Of a stretch of DNA of 64,000 nt, positions 47,795 to 60,115 are shown piece after piece (the first letter of the stretch is position 1; the number at the start of each line of letters is the position of its first letter). The notes beneath the pieces were generated by a model that saw only the letters and a program-made list of their open reading frames with translations, was not told the origin of the DNA and made no database searches. The position numbers were made by a program, and so were the translations under genes. Source of the DNA: Octopus sinensis (Eukaryota); assembly GCF_006345805.1 (NCBI RefSeq), contig NC_042998.1:144460001-144524000 (forward strand), read 5' to 3'.

Positions 47795-49943
47795 TTAAAT
47801 TTCTCTTTTTGTTTTGTTTAATTGTATTTGTTTTGTTGTTGTGCCAGCAATTGTCAACCAATTGCTACTACTGCTACTACTCTATGAAAAGGCCTGTAAA
47901 TAGATCATTGATGGATGCGTTCAATTGCTGATTACTTGAAGTTCCTTGAACAAAGGTTGTTCTGGTGAAGATGTAATGTCTTTGGGCAAAAACAGTTAAC
48001 TTTATTTAACTTTAAACAAAAAAGATCAGTATTACCTTGTAGCAATATTCAATTATCTGTTCATTTTTTTTTCATTTTTTAAAAATTCCTTTTAACCCTA
48101 TCATATGGGCTAGGCCTGTTTTAAAGGCCACTCTATTTTCTTGAACAAATTTTCCATAGTGTTGTTTTTACTTCTTTTTTCTTTTCTTTTAATTAAATTC
48201 TGTAAAATCTGGAAAAATCTTTAATTGTTCTGTATTTAATACATAAAAAAATATATATATTAAAAAAATGAGCTAAAAAAGCAAACATTACTTCCTGGTT
48301 TTTGTTTATGGTAATGAAATGCCTTTTATAATGAAATTATATCCATCATCTCATCCTTTTTAAAAATAAATTTTAACCAGGAAAAAGCAAAAAGGCTACA
48401 TGTTTACATGAAAGAAAACTAAATGCAATAGTAATATTTTGGTTTGGTTTCTTTACAGCATTTTTGATTTTAAACCTTGTTTGGGTGGATTTGACTGTTC
48501 ATGTGTTGGCATCAATAAAATAAGTACCACTGATATTAGGATCAATCTTATAAATGAATAATTCCTACCAATAATTGGTCAGCTGAAATGACAAATCCTT
48601 GTTGTAATTATTAATGTTTAATACACTAGGCACCATCTAAGGCAGTGAGCTTGCAGAACTATTAGCATGCCAGATAAAAATGCTTAACGGCATTTCATCC
48701 ATCTTTATGTTCTGAGTTCAAATTCCACCAAGGTTGACTTTGCCTTTCATCCCATTTGGGGGTTGATAAAATAGGTACCAGTTGAACACTGGTATTGATG
48801 TAATTGACTTATGCCCTCCCTCGAACTTGATGGCCTTATGCCAAAATTTATAATCAATGTAATTATTAATGGTAGCATTGTAAGGCAAGAAATAAGCTGC
48901 TGATAAAAGATTGCAATCTGGTTTTAATTCTTAGCTTCTGCATATTTATTTCACTTACCATATCAATACTCTTGGAAAAAGCATGAACATCACACTTTAC
49001 CAAATTTCCCTTCCCCATTGTGCTGAGTCAAAAGAATGAATATTTTAGCAGCTCAGTGATTCCCAGGTGCGTGTTTTGCAGTATTCAACTTTACATCTTT
49101 TAAGGTAATCCTCCTGTAGCTGACTTCCATTCTATCAATCCCAACAGCATGGATAATATAATAGTAATATACCAAGATCAGTTCAGTTGATTTTAATTGC
49201 TTCATATGCAAATTTGGCCTCATCTTTTAACTGTGTAATTCAGTGCCTTAGAGGAAAGATATAAGATCTTTGTAAATGAAGACTTATAATTTAATTTTCA
49301 TTCTCAGCTTTGTCATTTCATTTTCCTCTTAAACTAAATAGTATCGTTAGAAATAGCATGAATATCATAACATCCAATTCCACTACTTCTAAACATATAA
49401 GGCTATTTTATTTATACTTTGTGAAAAGAAAGCAATAGGTCAACATTGTAGAAAAACTTCCTTTCTTGAGGTTTAACCCTATAAATTGGTTTTAGTTGTC
49501 AATGGAAACCATTCCACTTTGCACATATTGATAATACTGCAATAAGGGCATACTCTGTGTGTGTTTGTGTTTGTGTCTGTTAGGGTGTAGGACTCACAAC
49601 CATAAGGATATAGGATCAATTCCCTTGGACTTATTCTAATGTAAGAATAGGCATTTCTTGTCAAAATATCACCTACTTTCATATGCAAAGTAACACCAGA
49701 TCTCCTGACCAATTCTTCAAAATAATGATATGTAAGTGTATCTCTCATTGTAGAAAATTTTTAAAGTTTAAATCTTATTTTACTTTATGTGGAATGAAAG
49801 TTTAACGAATAAAACTCTTTTGTGTTATTTCAAATTCTCTGAATTTCTTCACATCCCATCTCTTTCTAAAACATTTAATGATTTCTTCTCTGTCTCCATT
49901 TTAAAATCATTTTCTGTAAATTTTGGTAGACTTAACCTGTCAC

Positions 49944-50083
49944 CTAGTTTAACATCAGGACTTGGCATCCTAAAGTGCCTTTAGCAGAATCCATTCTGTT
50001 ACAAGCACTTAGAGCAGATCCCTGGTTTGATGATACATCTTCCATCTCTCCAGTCATGAAGGTCATGCACGGTGCTTTCCCTC
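49944..50083 (-). CDS. Candidate terminal exon of the minus-strand gene
   Basis: Strong acceptor ttttttttctctatgtgtcag|G at 50083; phase-2 frame gives RESTVHDLHDWRDGRCIIKPGICSKCL*, phase-1 frame gives GKAPCMTFMTGE...MLN*; AT-rich sequence follows. Confidence 0.35.
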
Positions 50084-51030
50084 CTGACACATAGAGAAAA
50101 AAAAAGTTTTTTAAATAACGTATTTGAGTGTGTGTGTGTGTGTACATATATATATAGGTATATATATATATTGAGTGTGGAAGGATATATCATCCAGGCA
50201 GTTGACATATATATATCAGTTAAGTTCCAGTTAACAGCAAACCATAACGATCAGTATCTAACGTCTGTGACCACATTTAGTTGTTAGTCACTCGGTGAAT
50301 TCTTCTGATGAATAATTCTATGTTCTCTTTACTGGACAGTAAAAATTGTCTGGCGTGTACTCTTTATTATTATTAATTGTATATATATTGCTGAGGTATT
50401 TTGAAACTAATAACCTGGTGTAGAACTCAATATACTTATGCTTCAGAACGAAGCATTAGTCAAGTACAGACATTTAATAAGAAAATGAGACAAAGGAATA
50501 AACAATTACGAATTTCATTAGCTTACTGACCAATCATGTGTAATAACAAGAGAAGTAAATCTCTGTAGCATTAAACAGGATTTTATTCAATTTATATATA
50601 TATATATGTGCACACACACACACACAGGCATATATCTGTGGTGTTAAATTATTGGCCTGTTGCCCATGTAATCAAAGTCTGACAATTACTACAGCACAAA
50701 GGCTGTGCTCCTCCTGAGGAAGAAGCATTTCATGTTGCAGTTCCAGTCTGCTTTACTGACAGAAGATTAGTTTCACTCTTACTTGGACTGGAGAGAAGGG
50801 AGCATCCTACTATAATAATACTGGCTACAATAAAAATAACAAACATGGACATCATCATCATCATCATCATCATCATTTAACGTCCGCTTTCCATGCTAGC
50901 ATGGGTTGGACGGTTCAACTGGGGTCTGGGGAGCCCGAAGGCTGCACCAGGCCAGTCAGATCTGGGAGTGTTTCTACAGCTGGATGCCCTTCCTAACGCC
51001 AACCACTCCGAGAGTGTAGTGGGTGATTTT

Positions 51031-51300
51031 ATGTGCCACCGACACAGGTGCCAGACGAGGCTGGCGAACGGCCACGCTCGGATGGTGTTTTTATGTGCCA
51101 CCGACACAGGTGCCAGACGAGGCTGGCGAACGGCCACGCTCGGATGGTGTTTTTATGTGCCACCGACACAGGTGCCAGACGAGGCTGGCGAACGGCCACG
51201 CTCGGATGGTGTTTTTATGTGCCACCGACACAGGTGCCAGACAAGGCTAGCAGACGACCACGCTCGGATGGTTTTCTCGTGTGCCACCGGCACTGGTACC
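51031..51300. repeat. 62-bp tandem array (3 identical units, 1 diverged unit and a partial unit) inside the RTE 3' UTR
   Basis: Unit starts gtgccaccgacacagg at 51033, 51095, 51157 and 51219; no spacers between units. Confidence 0.93.
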
Positions 51301-51480
51301 ACAAAGATACAAATTTCATTGATGTTCATCTATTTTGATTTTGTTTGATTTTTTGATTTGATTTGATTTTGATTTTTGATTTTCACTTGCCTCAACAGGT
51401 CTTCACAAGTGTCACAAGAAGGAAGGTATGCACAGGTGGACTGACTACGTCCCAGGTAGGGGCCACGGGTTATGGCCTGA

Positions 51481-54400
51481 CTAGTCTTGCCGGGTCTTCT
51501 CATGCACAGCATACTTCCATAGGTCTCGGTCTCTAGTCATTTCCTTGGTGAGACCTAAAGATCGAAGGTCGTGCTTCACCACTTCGTCCCAGGTTTTCCT
51601 GGGTCTACCTCTTCCACAGGTTCCCTCAACTGCTAGGGTGTAGCACTTTTGCACACAACTATCTTCAGCCATTCTCGTCATATGACCATACCAGCGCAGC
51701 CGTCTCTCTTGCCCACCACAACTGACGCTTCTTAGGTTCAACTTTTCTCTCAAGGTACTTACACTCTGACGATTATGAACACTGACATTACACATCCATC
51801 GGAGCATACTGGCTTCATTTTTTGCGTGCTTACGCATATCCTCAGCAGTCACGGCCCATGTTTCACTACCATGTAGCATGGCTGTACGAACACATGCATC
51901 ATACAGTCTGCCTTTTACTCTGAGCGAGAGGCCTTTTCTCACCAGCAGGGGTAAGAGCTCTCTAAACTTTGCCCAGGCTATTCTTACTCTAGCAGTTACA
52001 CTTTCAGCACACCCACCCCCGCTACTGACTTGGTCTCCTAGGTAGCGGAAGCTATCAACTACTTCTAGTTTGTCTCCCTGGAACGTGGTAGAAGTTGGTC
52101 TCTGCACGTTTCCAGAGTTTATTTCTCCTGAGCATCTGCCACATACGAAAACTATCTTCCCAGTTAGCCTACCTTTGACATTGCTGCACCTCTTATGTGT
52201 CCATAGCTTACACTTGGTGCACCTTATAGAGTTTCTACCTACACCTTTTTTACAGATCGAGCCGGGCCATCTACCTGAAGTCGTTTGTGGTTGGTCCACC
52301 TTCCTACTTATTAGGACTTTGGTTTTGGCTAGGTTGATTCTAAGGCCCTTCGATTCTAATCCTTGTTTCCACACCTGAAACTTCTCCAGTTCTGATAGTG
52401 ACTCAGCAATTAGAGCAAGGTCATCAGCATAGAGGAGCTCCCAGGGGCATCCTGTCTTGAATTCTTCCGTTATTGCCTGGAGGACTATGATAAATAGGAG
52501 GGGGCTGAGGACTGAACCTTGGTGGACCCCAACCTCTACCCGGAATTCTTCACTGTACTCGTTGCCTACCCTCACCTTACTAGCAGCGTCTCTGTACATG
52601 GCTCGCACAGCTCTCACTAACCATTCATCTATCCCTAGTTTCCTCATTGACCACCAGATAAGGGATCGGGGGACCCTGTCAAAGGCTTTCTCCAAGTCAA
52701 CAAAAGCCAGGTACAAGGGCTTACCTTTGGCTAGGTATTTCTCCTGCAGCTGTCTTACCAGGAATATAGCATCAGTAGTACTTTTCCCTGACACGAACCC
52801 AAACTGCATATCATCTAAGCTAACACTCTCTCTAATTAATTGGGCTATAACCCTCTCCGTAACCTTCATTACCTGATCCAACAGCTTGATGCCCCTGTAG
52901 TTATTTGTATCTAGGGCGTCACCTTTACCTTTGTAGCAGTTGACTATTATGCTGCTACACCAGTCATTGGGTATGACTCCTTCGTGTATCACCTGGTTAA
53001 CTATACGGGTGACTATGCTATAGCCGACACTACCAGATATTTTGAGCATCTCTGCAGTAATTCCTGATGGGCCTGGGGCTTTCCCTGTCTTCATGCTTCT
53101 AATTGCCTTAGCTACCACGGGACTATCAACTCGGATAGCTGGTCCCTCTGTTGGGTCGACATTCGGCAGACTCTCTTTATCCCATTCATTTTCCTCATTC
53201 AGCAACCTTTCATAGTGGCTTCTCCAAGCCTCTCTCTTTGCATCCTCATTTAGCGCAAGTGAACTGTCATCCTTGCGAACACATTTCTCTCCTACCACAT
53301 CACGATTCTCTCTCACACACTGTCTTGCAACACGAAATACCTCAAGTCTTTCATCCTCACGGCGCAGGACATTGGCAAATTTTCTCTTATCTGCTTCCCC
53401 TCTGGCTAGATAGACCTGTCTCCTAGCTTCCCTTCTGGCAGTCTGATACACTTCCCTGCTACCCCCGTTCTTCCAGGCCTTCCAAGCCTGTTTCTTTTGT
53501 CTAATAGCCCAGTCAACAATATTGTTCCACCACCACGTTATTTTGGGTCTTAAAGGGACTTTGCACCAGCCACAGATCTGGTCAGTGGCTTTCAGCAGGT
53601 TGTCCCTCAGAAGCGTCCAGTTGTCTTCTACCCCATGCATAGCTATACCCCCTTCCATTTCGTCAAAGGCTTCAAGTAACATGTCTCTAAATCTCTGTCC
53701 ATTCGCAGGGTCTTTAAGCTTCCAGACCCTTCTTCTCCATGTCGGTCGTCTTCTAGTCACCCTCTTATTCCTGATCCTAAAGTCACTAACTACCAGTCTA
53801 TGTTGTGGGGTGCATTCTTCGCCTGGGAAGGTTTTGGCATTTATAAGCAGACATCTTTCCCTTTTTCTGGCAAGGATGTAGTCGATTTGGCTAGTATGCC
53901 GGCCCGATCGGTAGGTGACCAGGTGGCTTGTTGGTTTCCTGAAGTTAGTGTTGCAGACCATAAGACTATTCGCATCGCAGAACTCCAGCAGCCTGGTTCC
54001 CTCCTCGTTGCGGGAACCATAACCGTAGCCTCCATGTACGCCATGGAAGCCCCCAGCATGTCGTCCAACATGCCCATTGAAATCACCAGCCACAAAGAGA
54101 AGGTCCCTGTTGTTCGTCAATAAGGTGGTCTGCAGTAGGGTGTCATAGAAACTGTCTTTCTGTCCATCGGGTAGCCCTGGCTGAGGGGCATAGGCCGATA
54201 TAATGGTTGCTAATCTATTATGAAGTGCTATTCTAATCTTAAGTATTCTGTCACTTACTCTGATTACCTCAATTACTCTATCTACCCATTTCTCAGCAAT
54301 AAGTATACCCACACCACCAACCCCGTCAGTGTTCCCTGCCCAGAAAATCTTGTACCTGTGTTCCTTGCCTGTGAGGAACCTAGCAGATCCTCCTCTCCAC

Positions 54401-54501
54401 CTTATTTCTTGCATGCAACATACATCAACCCGTCTCCGTTCAAGCATCTCGACTATCTCGCCAGACCTACCTTTCAGAGTGCCAACGTTGAGGGTGCCCA
54501 C
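51481..54501 (-). CDS. RTE endonuclease-reverse transcriptase ORF (1006 aa, uninterrupted, no upstream ATG)
   Basis: APE motifs GTLNVGTL, CMQE, GDFNGH, IDYIL, QHRLV; RT motifs QFGF, DLEKAFD, GVHQGSVLSP, YADD, YLG; C-terminal RLRWYGH..RGRPRKTW. Confidence 0.93.
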   Translation of the reverse strand: MGTLNVGTLKGRSGEIVEMLERRRVDVCCMQEIRWRGGSARFLTGKEHRYKIFWAGNTDGVGGVGILIAEKWVDRVIEVIRVSDRILKIRIALHNRLATIISAYAPQPGLPDGQKDSFYDTLLQTTLLTNNRDLLFVAGDFNGHVGRHAGGFHGVHGGYGYGSRNEEGTRLLEFCDANSLMVCNTNFRKPTSHLVTYRSGRHTSQIDYILARKRERCLLINAKTFPGEECTPQHRLVVSDFRIRNKRVTRRRPTWRRRVWKLKDPANGQRFRDMLLEAFDEMEGGIAMHGVEDNWTLLRDNLLKATDQICGWCKVPLRPKITWWWNNIVDWAIRQKKQAWKAWKNGGSREVYQTARREARRQVYLARGEADKRKFANVLRREDERLEVFRVARQCVRENRDVVGEKCVRKDDSSLALNEDAKREAWRSHYERLLNEENEWDKESLPNVDPTEGPAIRVDSPVVAKAIRSMKTGKAPGPSGITAEMLKISGSVGYSIVTRIVNQVIHEGVIPNDWCSSIIVNCYKGKGDALDTNNYRGIKLLDQVMKVTERVIAQLIRESVSLDDMQFGFVSGKSTTDAIFLVRQLQEKYLAKGKPLYLAFVDLEKAFDRVPRSLIWWSMRKLGIDEWLVRAVRAMYRDAASKVRVGNEYSEEFRVEVGVHQGSVLSPLLFIIVLQAITEEFKTGCPWELLYADDLALIAESLSELEKFQVWKQGLESKGLRINLAKTKVLISRKVDQPQTTSGRWPGSICKKGVGRNSIRCTKCKLWTHKRCSNVKGRLTGKIVFVCGRCSGEINSGNVQRPTSTTFQGDKLEVVDSFRYLGDQVSSGGGCAESVTARVRIAWAKFRELLPLLVRKGLSLRVKGRLYDACVRTAMLHGSETWAVTAEDMRKHAKNEASMLRWMCNVSVHNRQSVSTLREKLNLRSVSCGGQERRLRWYGHMTRMAEDSCVQKCYTLAVEGTCGRGRPRKTWDEVVKHDLRSLGLTKEMTRDRDLWKYAVHEKTRQD

Positions 54502-55169
54502 CCTGAGGGTGTGGAAGGTATGGGCCCGAGAGGCCCAGGGACGGGGAGCAGTGGCGTCATGTACCTGAAAAGAAAATATAATTTTGTTTATATGTTCTCA
54601 CATACACGTGTTTTTATATTTGTGTGTGTATGTGTACACAGCAGAAAACTGTATTGTTGACACTAAGAAAATATGTCAAATTGATAATATATAAAGTGGT
54701 TGACAGTTGGTAGGATATCTAACAAAATGTGTTGCAGTGTGCAGTTATGTCCCCCTTGGTATAGACATTCACTTTGCATTTCATCCTTCCGAACTGGATA
54801 AAATACATATCTGTCATGTACTGGGATTGATTCAGTCGGCTGTGACATTGTGTAAAAATTAACATCTTGAGTTTCCTTTTAGTGTAATTTTATCTTTGAA
54901 TGGGAACAGGTATGACTGTGTATGTAAGAAGTTTACTTCACAACTACATGGTTTCAGGTTCAATCCCACTGCACAATATCTTGAAGAGGTATCTTCTACC
55001 ATAGCTTTGAAGCAACCAATGCCTTGTGAGTGAATTTGGTAGAGAGAAATTGTGTGGAACCCTGTTGCATATGCATATGTATGTATGTACATGTTTGTTT
55101 CCCCTCATTCTTTGACCTCAGGTTTGTTGGTTTGTTAATGGCCCTGAAAAGGATGTAAACACTCAGCCA

Positions 55170-55675
55170 AAATATGGTCAGCTCTAAACAGACTGGATGT
55201 TATCTGGAAATCAACCCTGTCAGACAACCTTAAGAGGAATTTTTTTCCATGCAGCAATAGAGTCAATCTTTTTATATGGAGCAACAGCCTGGATGTTAAC
55301 CAAAACACTAATCCAAGTTAGATGGAACTTACACCTGAATGTTAAGAACAGTCTTAAAAATATCTTGGAGAATTCATCCTGCTAAGAAACAGCTGTTTGG
55401 AGATCTGCCTGCTTCCAACATCATAAGGGGAAGGTACTTACATTTTGTGGAATGTTGCTGGCAAGCTGTACAAGAGCTGGCAAAGTGACCTACTGCTATG
55501 GATGCCAAAGCATGGCTGTACTCAAGATGGCCATCTGAACATGATGTATGTAGATCAACTCAACAGAGTCACTGGATGCTTCCTTGAAGACCTCTCTCAA
55601 CTAATGCAGGACCAAGATGGATGGTATGTGCAGGATAAAAATGTCTGAGTGAGCTCAACCAAATGATGATGGAGC
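55170..55675 (+). mobile_element. RTE-clade LINE 3' fragment with (TGA)n tail
   Basis: WSALNRLDVIWKSTLSDNLKRNFFHAAIESIFLYGATAW...LLLWMP...YVDQL; frameshifted. Confidence 0.75.
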
Positions 55676-56457
55676 ATAGTAGTTTTGTAAAAAGAGACTG
55701 ATAGAATAAGTACCATAAAAAAAAAAGTTCTGGGGTTGATTTACTTAACTCTTTAAGGTGGTGCTCCAAGCATGGCTTCAGTCCAATGAGTGAAACAAGT
55801 GAAAAAAAAACCCAACATAATACGATGACATATTATTCTTAACGTTCTGGCAGGTTAGATGGCGAACTAGCAGAATCGTTAGCATGTGAGGCAAAATGCT
55901 TGGCGGCATTTTGTCTATCTTTACATTCTCAGTTCAAATTCCACCAAGGTCAACTTAACCTTTTATCCTTTTGGGGCTGATAAAATAAGTACCAGTTGAG
56001 GACAGGTTGATGCAATCAACTTACTCCTTCCCCTGAACTTGCTGGCCTTATGCCAAAATTTGAAACCAATATGTTCTGGCACATTCAAACACAGCTATGC
56101 TAATCTGTCATGTTTGTCGCAGAATAGCTTTTTTGACAAATATTTGTGAATCCATGAATACACAAGTCATCCTTCTGAATCTCACTATTCACTGTGCACC
56201 AATGCTTTTAACATAGCACTGGTGCCTAGTTGAAAGCACTGGCGCTGGTGCCACATAAAAAGCACTCAGTACACTGTGGAGTGGCATTAGGAGGAGCATC
56301 AAACCATAGAAGCTATGCCAGAACAAACAATGGAGCCTGGTGCAGTCCCTGACCTTACTAGCTCTGGTCAAACAATCCAACCCTTGTCAGCATGGAAGAC
56401 GGGTGTTGATGATGATGATGATATATATATATGGCTTGATGCTCTTCTATATATATA

Positions 56458-57030
56458 CAGGGTGCAATGGGTAAATTGTTGCCATTTTATATTTTCAATT
56501 TTGCACATTATTTTTGATTTTGTTGATTACACAGTATAGAAGGGTCAGTTGGGCAATCTGTGGGAAAGACAGCACCATGATGCAATTCGTTCAACCAGAA
56601 ATTTGCTATACTGCTTGACATTCATGCTGAAAGCTCCAATATGAACATTTCAAAGTGTTTGGGTGTCAATCTGAGGACAGAGCAGAGGATTCGGGAAGAG
56701 TTGGATGAGTCTATGGTGATTACAAAGGTATGGCAGCTTGGAAAACTCACTCTGATCATTCTGAAAGAACTCCTGAATTTGTTGGTGAGATCCAGGCCAT
56801 GATTGACGATTCCTCCAAGTCAATCAGGGACATTGCCAGGGAATTGGGAGTGTCTGAGTTTCTTATAAGGCAGGTAGTGCATGAAGACATTTGGGTTTTC
56901 TATTAGATGAGAAAGGGCCAATTTTTATCCCAAGCCATGAAAGACAAGAGGAAAGACTGTGCTATGGAACTTTTGAAGAAACTCAAGCATCCCCCTCCAA
57001 CTGAACATGATTTGGTTTTTCTCTCTCTCA
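56458..57030 (+). mobile_element. Tc1/mariner transposase pseudogene (5' TIR plus DNA-binding region, truncated before the catalytic core)
   Basis: ta|CAGGGTGCAATGGGTAAATTG start; frames give ...SKSIRDIARELGVSEFLIRQVVHED...MRKGQFLSQAMKDKRKDCA...LKKLKHP with stops and frameshifts. Confidence 0.8.
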
Positions 57031-58668
57031 GTATCATGGATTACAGATCTAAAACCTCTTCCCTTGTAATTGTTTCTACTGTTTGCCATGGGGGCATATT
57101 AAAATACATTACCACCATTGAACTTGAAACCTTGTGGTTGGGAAGCAAACTTCTTAACCACTCAGCCACAACTGCATCAGACACATGTTTGAAAATAACA
57201 TACCATTATATACTTGCTATCTATTTGTATATGTCTCTCTATTCTCCTATTCTCTCTCAAATCTTTCTTACTTATCAACATAATGGATTGGTTGAACTGT
57301 AAGAATGTCAGTCCAGATGCCTAGCAGTAGGTATTTATTTAAGCTCTTTGTGTTCTAAGTTCAAATCCTGCCATGGTCTAACTTGAACGTAGATTTAATC
57401 TATCACCTGGTTTAACACCACCACTTGACACCTTTGATGACTTTAGCAGTCTCTTCTGTTGCAATCATTTCAGTCAGATCTCCAGCTTAAGGATATTTCC
57501 CTCCCTTCAAGTCTCAGAGGCCCTTTAACAGCTATTGAGCATTGCTCTCCATACTGACTGAAAGCAAAAATGAAAAATATAACTTAAATGTAGTCTCAGC
57601 TTGACTTAGACATCTTGGCAATTGTTTTTGCCACTCAGTTAATGTGGTCAGTCATTAACTCACTGACTAGCCACATGTTAACATCTTAACAATTATCTCT
57701 GAAACTCTATCACTTTGAATTAACAACTTCCTTATTCTGAAGATGATTTACTAATTATACATGTCATATATTGGGAACAGCACCCACTCCTTGTGTATAT
57801 ATGCTTTTGGTTGGAGGAGCCAAGCCAAAAGGAATTACAAATGAAATGAGATGAATGGGAACATGTAGGACAAAGTGATGAGAAAGGATCTACAGATGTT
57901 GAAACTTACAGAGGGGATGATGGGACTGAAACTCCTGGTGGTTTGCTGTGCTTGAGAAGACATGCCAAGCTAAGTAAAAACGTAGTTGTCTTTGCATACA
58001 GGCTTATTCCCAGCATCCCCCTCCAGCTGAGCAATCCCAGTCTTGCAGACTCTTGGGTGCTGGTGTCACATAAAACACACCTGTATTGGTACCACATAAA
58101 CACTCAGTAAAGTGGTTGGTGTTAGGAAAGCATCCAACTGTAAAAACCATTTCAAAACAGACATGGAGCCTGGGTAGGTCTTCAGCTCCTGTCAAACTAT
58201 CCTGCCAACATGGAAAATGGACATTAAATGATAATGATGATGACGAGGTCCCCAGACCCATCTACTGAAGTAGTATCTTAAATACAAGCTAATTCTGACC
58301 ATGTCAGCCTCTCCAATTTGTGCCAGTATGGAAAAAGGACATAAAATGATGATGACTGAGTCAAACAAGTAAGAAGAGTTACAATGACCATGATTCTTTT
58401 TTAGGGTCATTGTGATTGGTTGGAAGGTTCCCCTTAGACCTGGAAACCAGGCATGAATATTTGTAACAAATTGGACAGTGCTCAAAACCTTTTAAATGTC
58501 AATATTGAAATGTAGACGTTACTATGTATGTATGTAGCCTCCGAGTATAAAATGTAATAATGAAAAAGACCACTTGAGCTCCTTCCAAGTTTGAAATTCA
58601 CAACATAGAAATGTCGCTGTTTGCTTTGGTTAAAACAATTGCTAGCTTCAAAAAATTATTTTTTAAAA

Positions 58669-58889
58669 AACATTTTTGGTGCCATATTTCTTTTGAAATG
58701 CACTGCTTTTGTTGCATTTAATTTTGAAAATAATGAATTTAATAAAGTAACTTAGTCATTATTATGTTTTAATTTAGAACATAAATGAACATGAAATTTT
58801 GATGGAAGGTTTTTAGATCACTTTAAAACAAGTAGTTTGTATCATAGAACCAGGAGCAATCTCAGACAGGCTGGTATGGAAAGGGTTAA
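58669..58889. mobile_element. piggyBac-type MITE family B
   Basis: Ends ...tgtatcatagaacc...ggtatggaaagggttaa; homologous to 37686-38126 and 6334-6465 (inverted). Confidence 0.7.
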
Positions 58890-60066
58890 AGAATGTCTTT
58901 CAAACTGCATAGATTTATTTTTTCAAACAAACAAATTAGGGAAAAGTTCTAACTGACATCTTGGTAACAAATATAAATTGTGTTTCAGTGTTTTAAATCA
59001 ATTGTACAGACAAGAAATGAATTAGGAGACATATCAAGGGAGATAACTAGGTATCCTTGAATAAATAAAAGACGAGATAAAATGCTATTCAGTCAGCAAC
59101 CTTAACTGCTGTATATTAGATTTAAGTCAGGTTTTTGTGTTTGCCTATGATTCATGCCAATCAAATAACAGTGCCTGGCAATTTTTGATGAGTTTGAGCA
59201 AACTTAACTATGACACTCAAAACAAATGAGGGTGTTTTGATTTGGTTGCTTGATGTGCTAGAAATAGCAAAATTTCTCTCAAATTATAGCCTATCATCTT
59301 AAAAAAGGGTAGGACACATTAGATAATATAGTTTTAGGCTAGTTTGAAAAAGATGAAATGGTCACAGCTACATTTCAACATACTATTTCTACATTCTCAA
59401 CTGATATAAAAACAGTGTACTTGAACAGTAATATAGTAACAAAAGGGTTAAAATACTTAGAATTGCATTTAATGACCAATATCAAGGAAAAAAAAAAGAC
59501 AGCCAAGTTTCTACAGAGAACTGGGTGAAAAAATGTGAGTCACTGAATTCAGTTTTCTACAATAAATGGTGAGTGTTGTCTTTTTTTACTGTTATGTACT
59601 TTTGTTTGGTATTTATTAGTTTTCTTGGGATTATTTCTCTCTCCAAAATTCAAAATATTCCAATAGCAAATAGCTCATAGCTTTTAATGAAGTAAACAGT
59701 CTCTCTCACTTTCTAAGTTAGTGGAATGATAATTTCTCAGATTGCTGACATGCATTTTCCATTCCTCTGTCATCCATGGCATTTGTAAGCTCTTGGAAAG
59801 TGCATTTAGTGCTTTTTAGCAAATTGATTGTAGTGTTTTGTTGATCTACCACTTTCCTTTTTACCATGAGAAGGTTTTGAGAAAGTACCACAGAACTCCA
59901 GCCAGTAATTAAAGTTCTATCTCTCTGTAGATAATCTCCAAATAATAGGCTACTTACCTGATAAGAAACAGCTATTCACTTATATTATCACAATCCTGAT
60001 ATTGTTCTACTGGATTTTCTTTGTACTTCATTGGTGGAACAAATGTAATAGGCTACAGTCACTTAC

Positions 60067-60115
60067 CTTATAATTTGATGAAGAGGACATAATTCTATTA
60101 AACAAGATCTCTTAA
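60067..60115 (-). CDS. Candidate 49-nt coding micro-exon of an unidentified minus-strand gene ((V)KRSCLIELCPLHQII)
   Basis: Acceptor ctcttgtccatcctaacag, perfect donor AAG|gtaagt; only one frame is open (phase 1-2). Confidence 0.45.

Larger units (their letters stand above)
50850..54564 (-). mobile_element. Near full-length RTE-clade LINE with long 3' UTR and (GAT)n tail
   Basis: Single 1006-aa ORF; the 3' UTR contains (AAATC)-like repeats and a 62-bp tandem array and ends ...ggaaagcggacgttaaa(tga)n. No TSD found. Confidence 0.95.

Noticed and set aside
51031-51300. 62-bp repeats as a CRISPR array
   Set aside because: The units are contiguous with no unique spacers, there are no cas genes, and the context is a eukaryotic LINE 3' UTR.
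50830-54600. Target-site duplication for the large RTE
   Set aside because: The left flank (aataacaaacatgga) has no match at the right junction.
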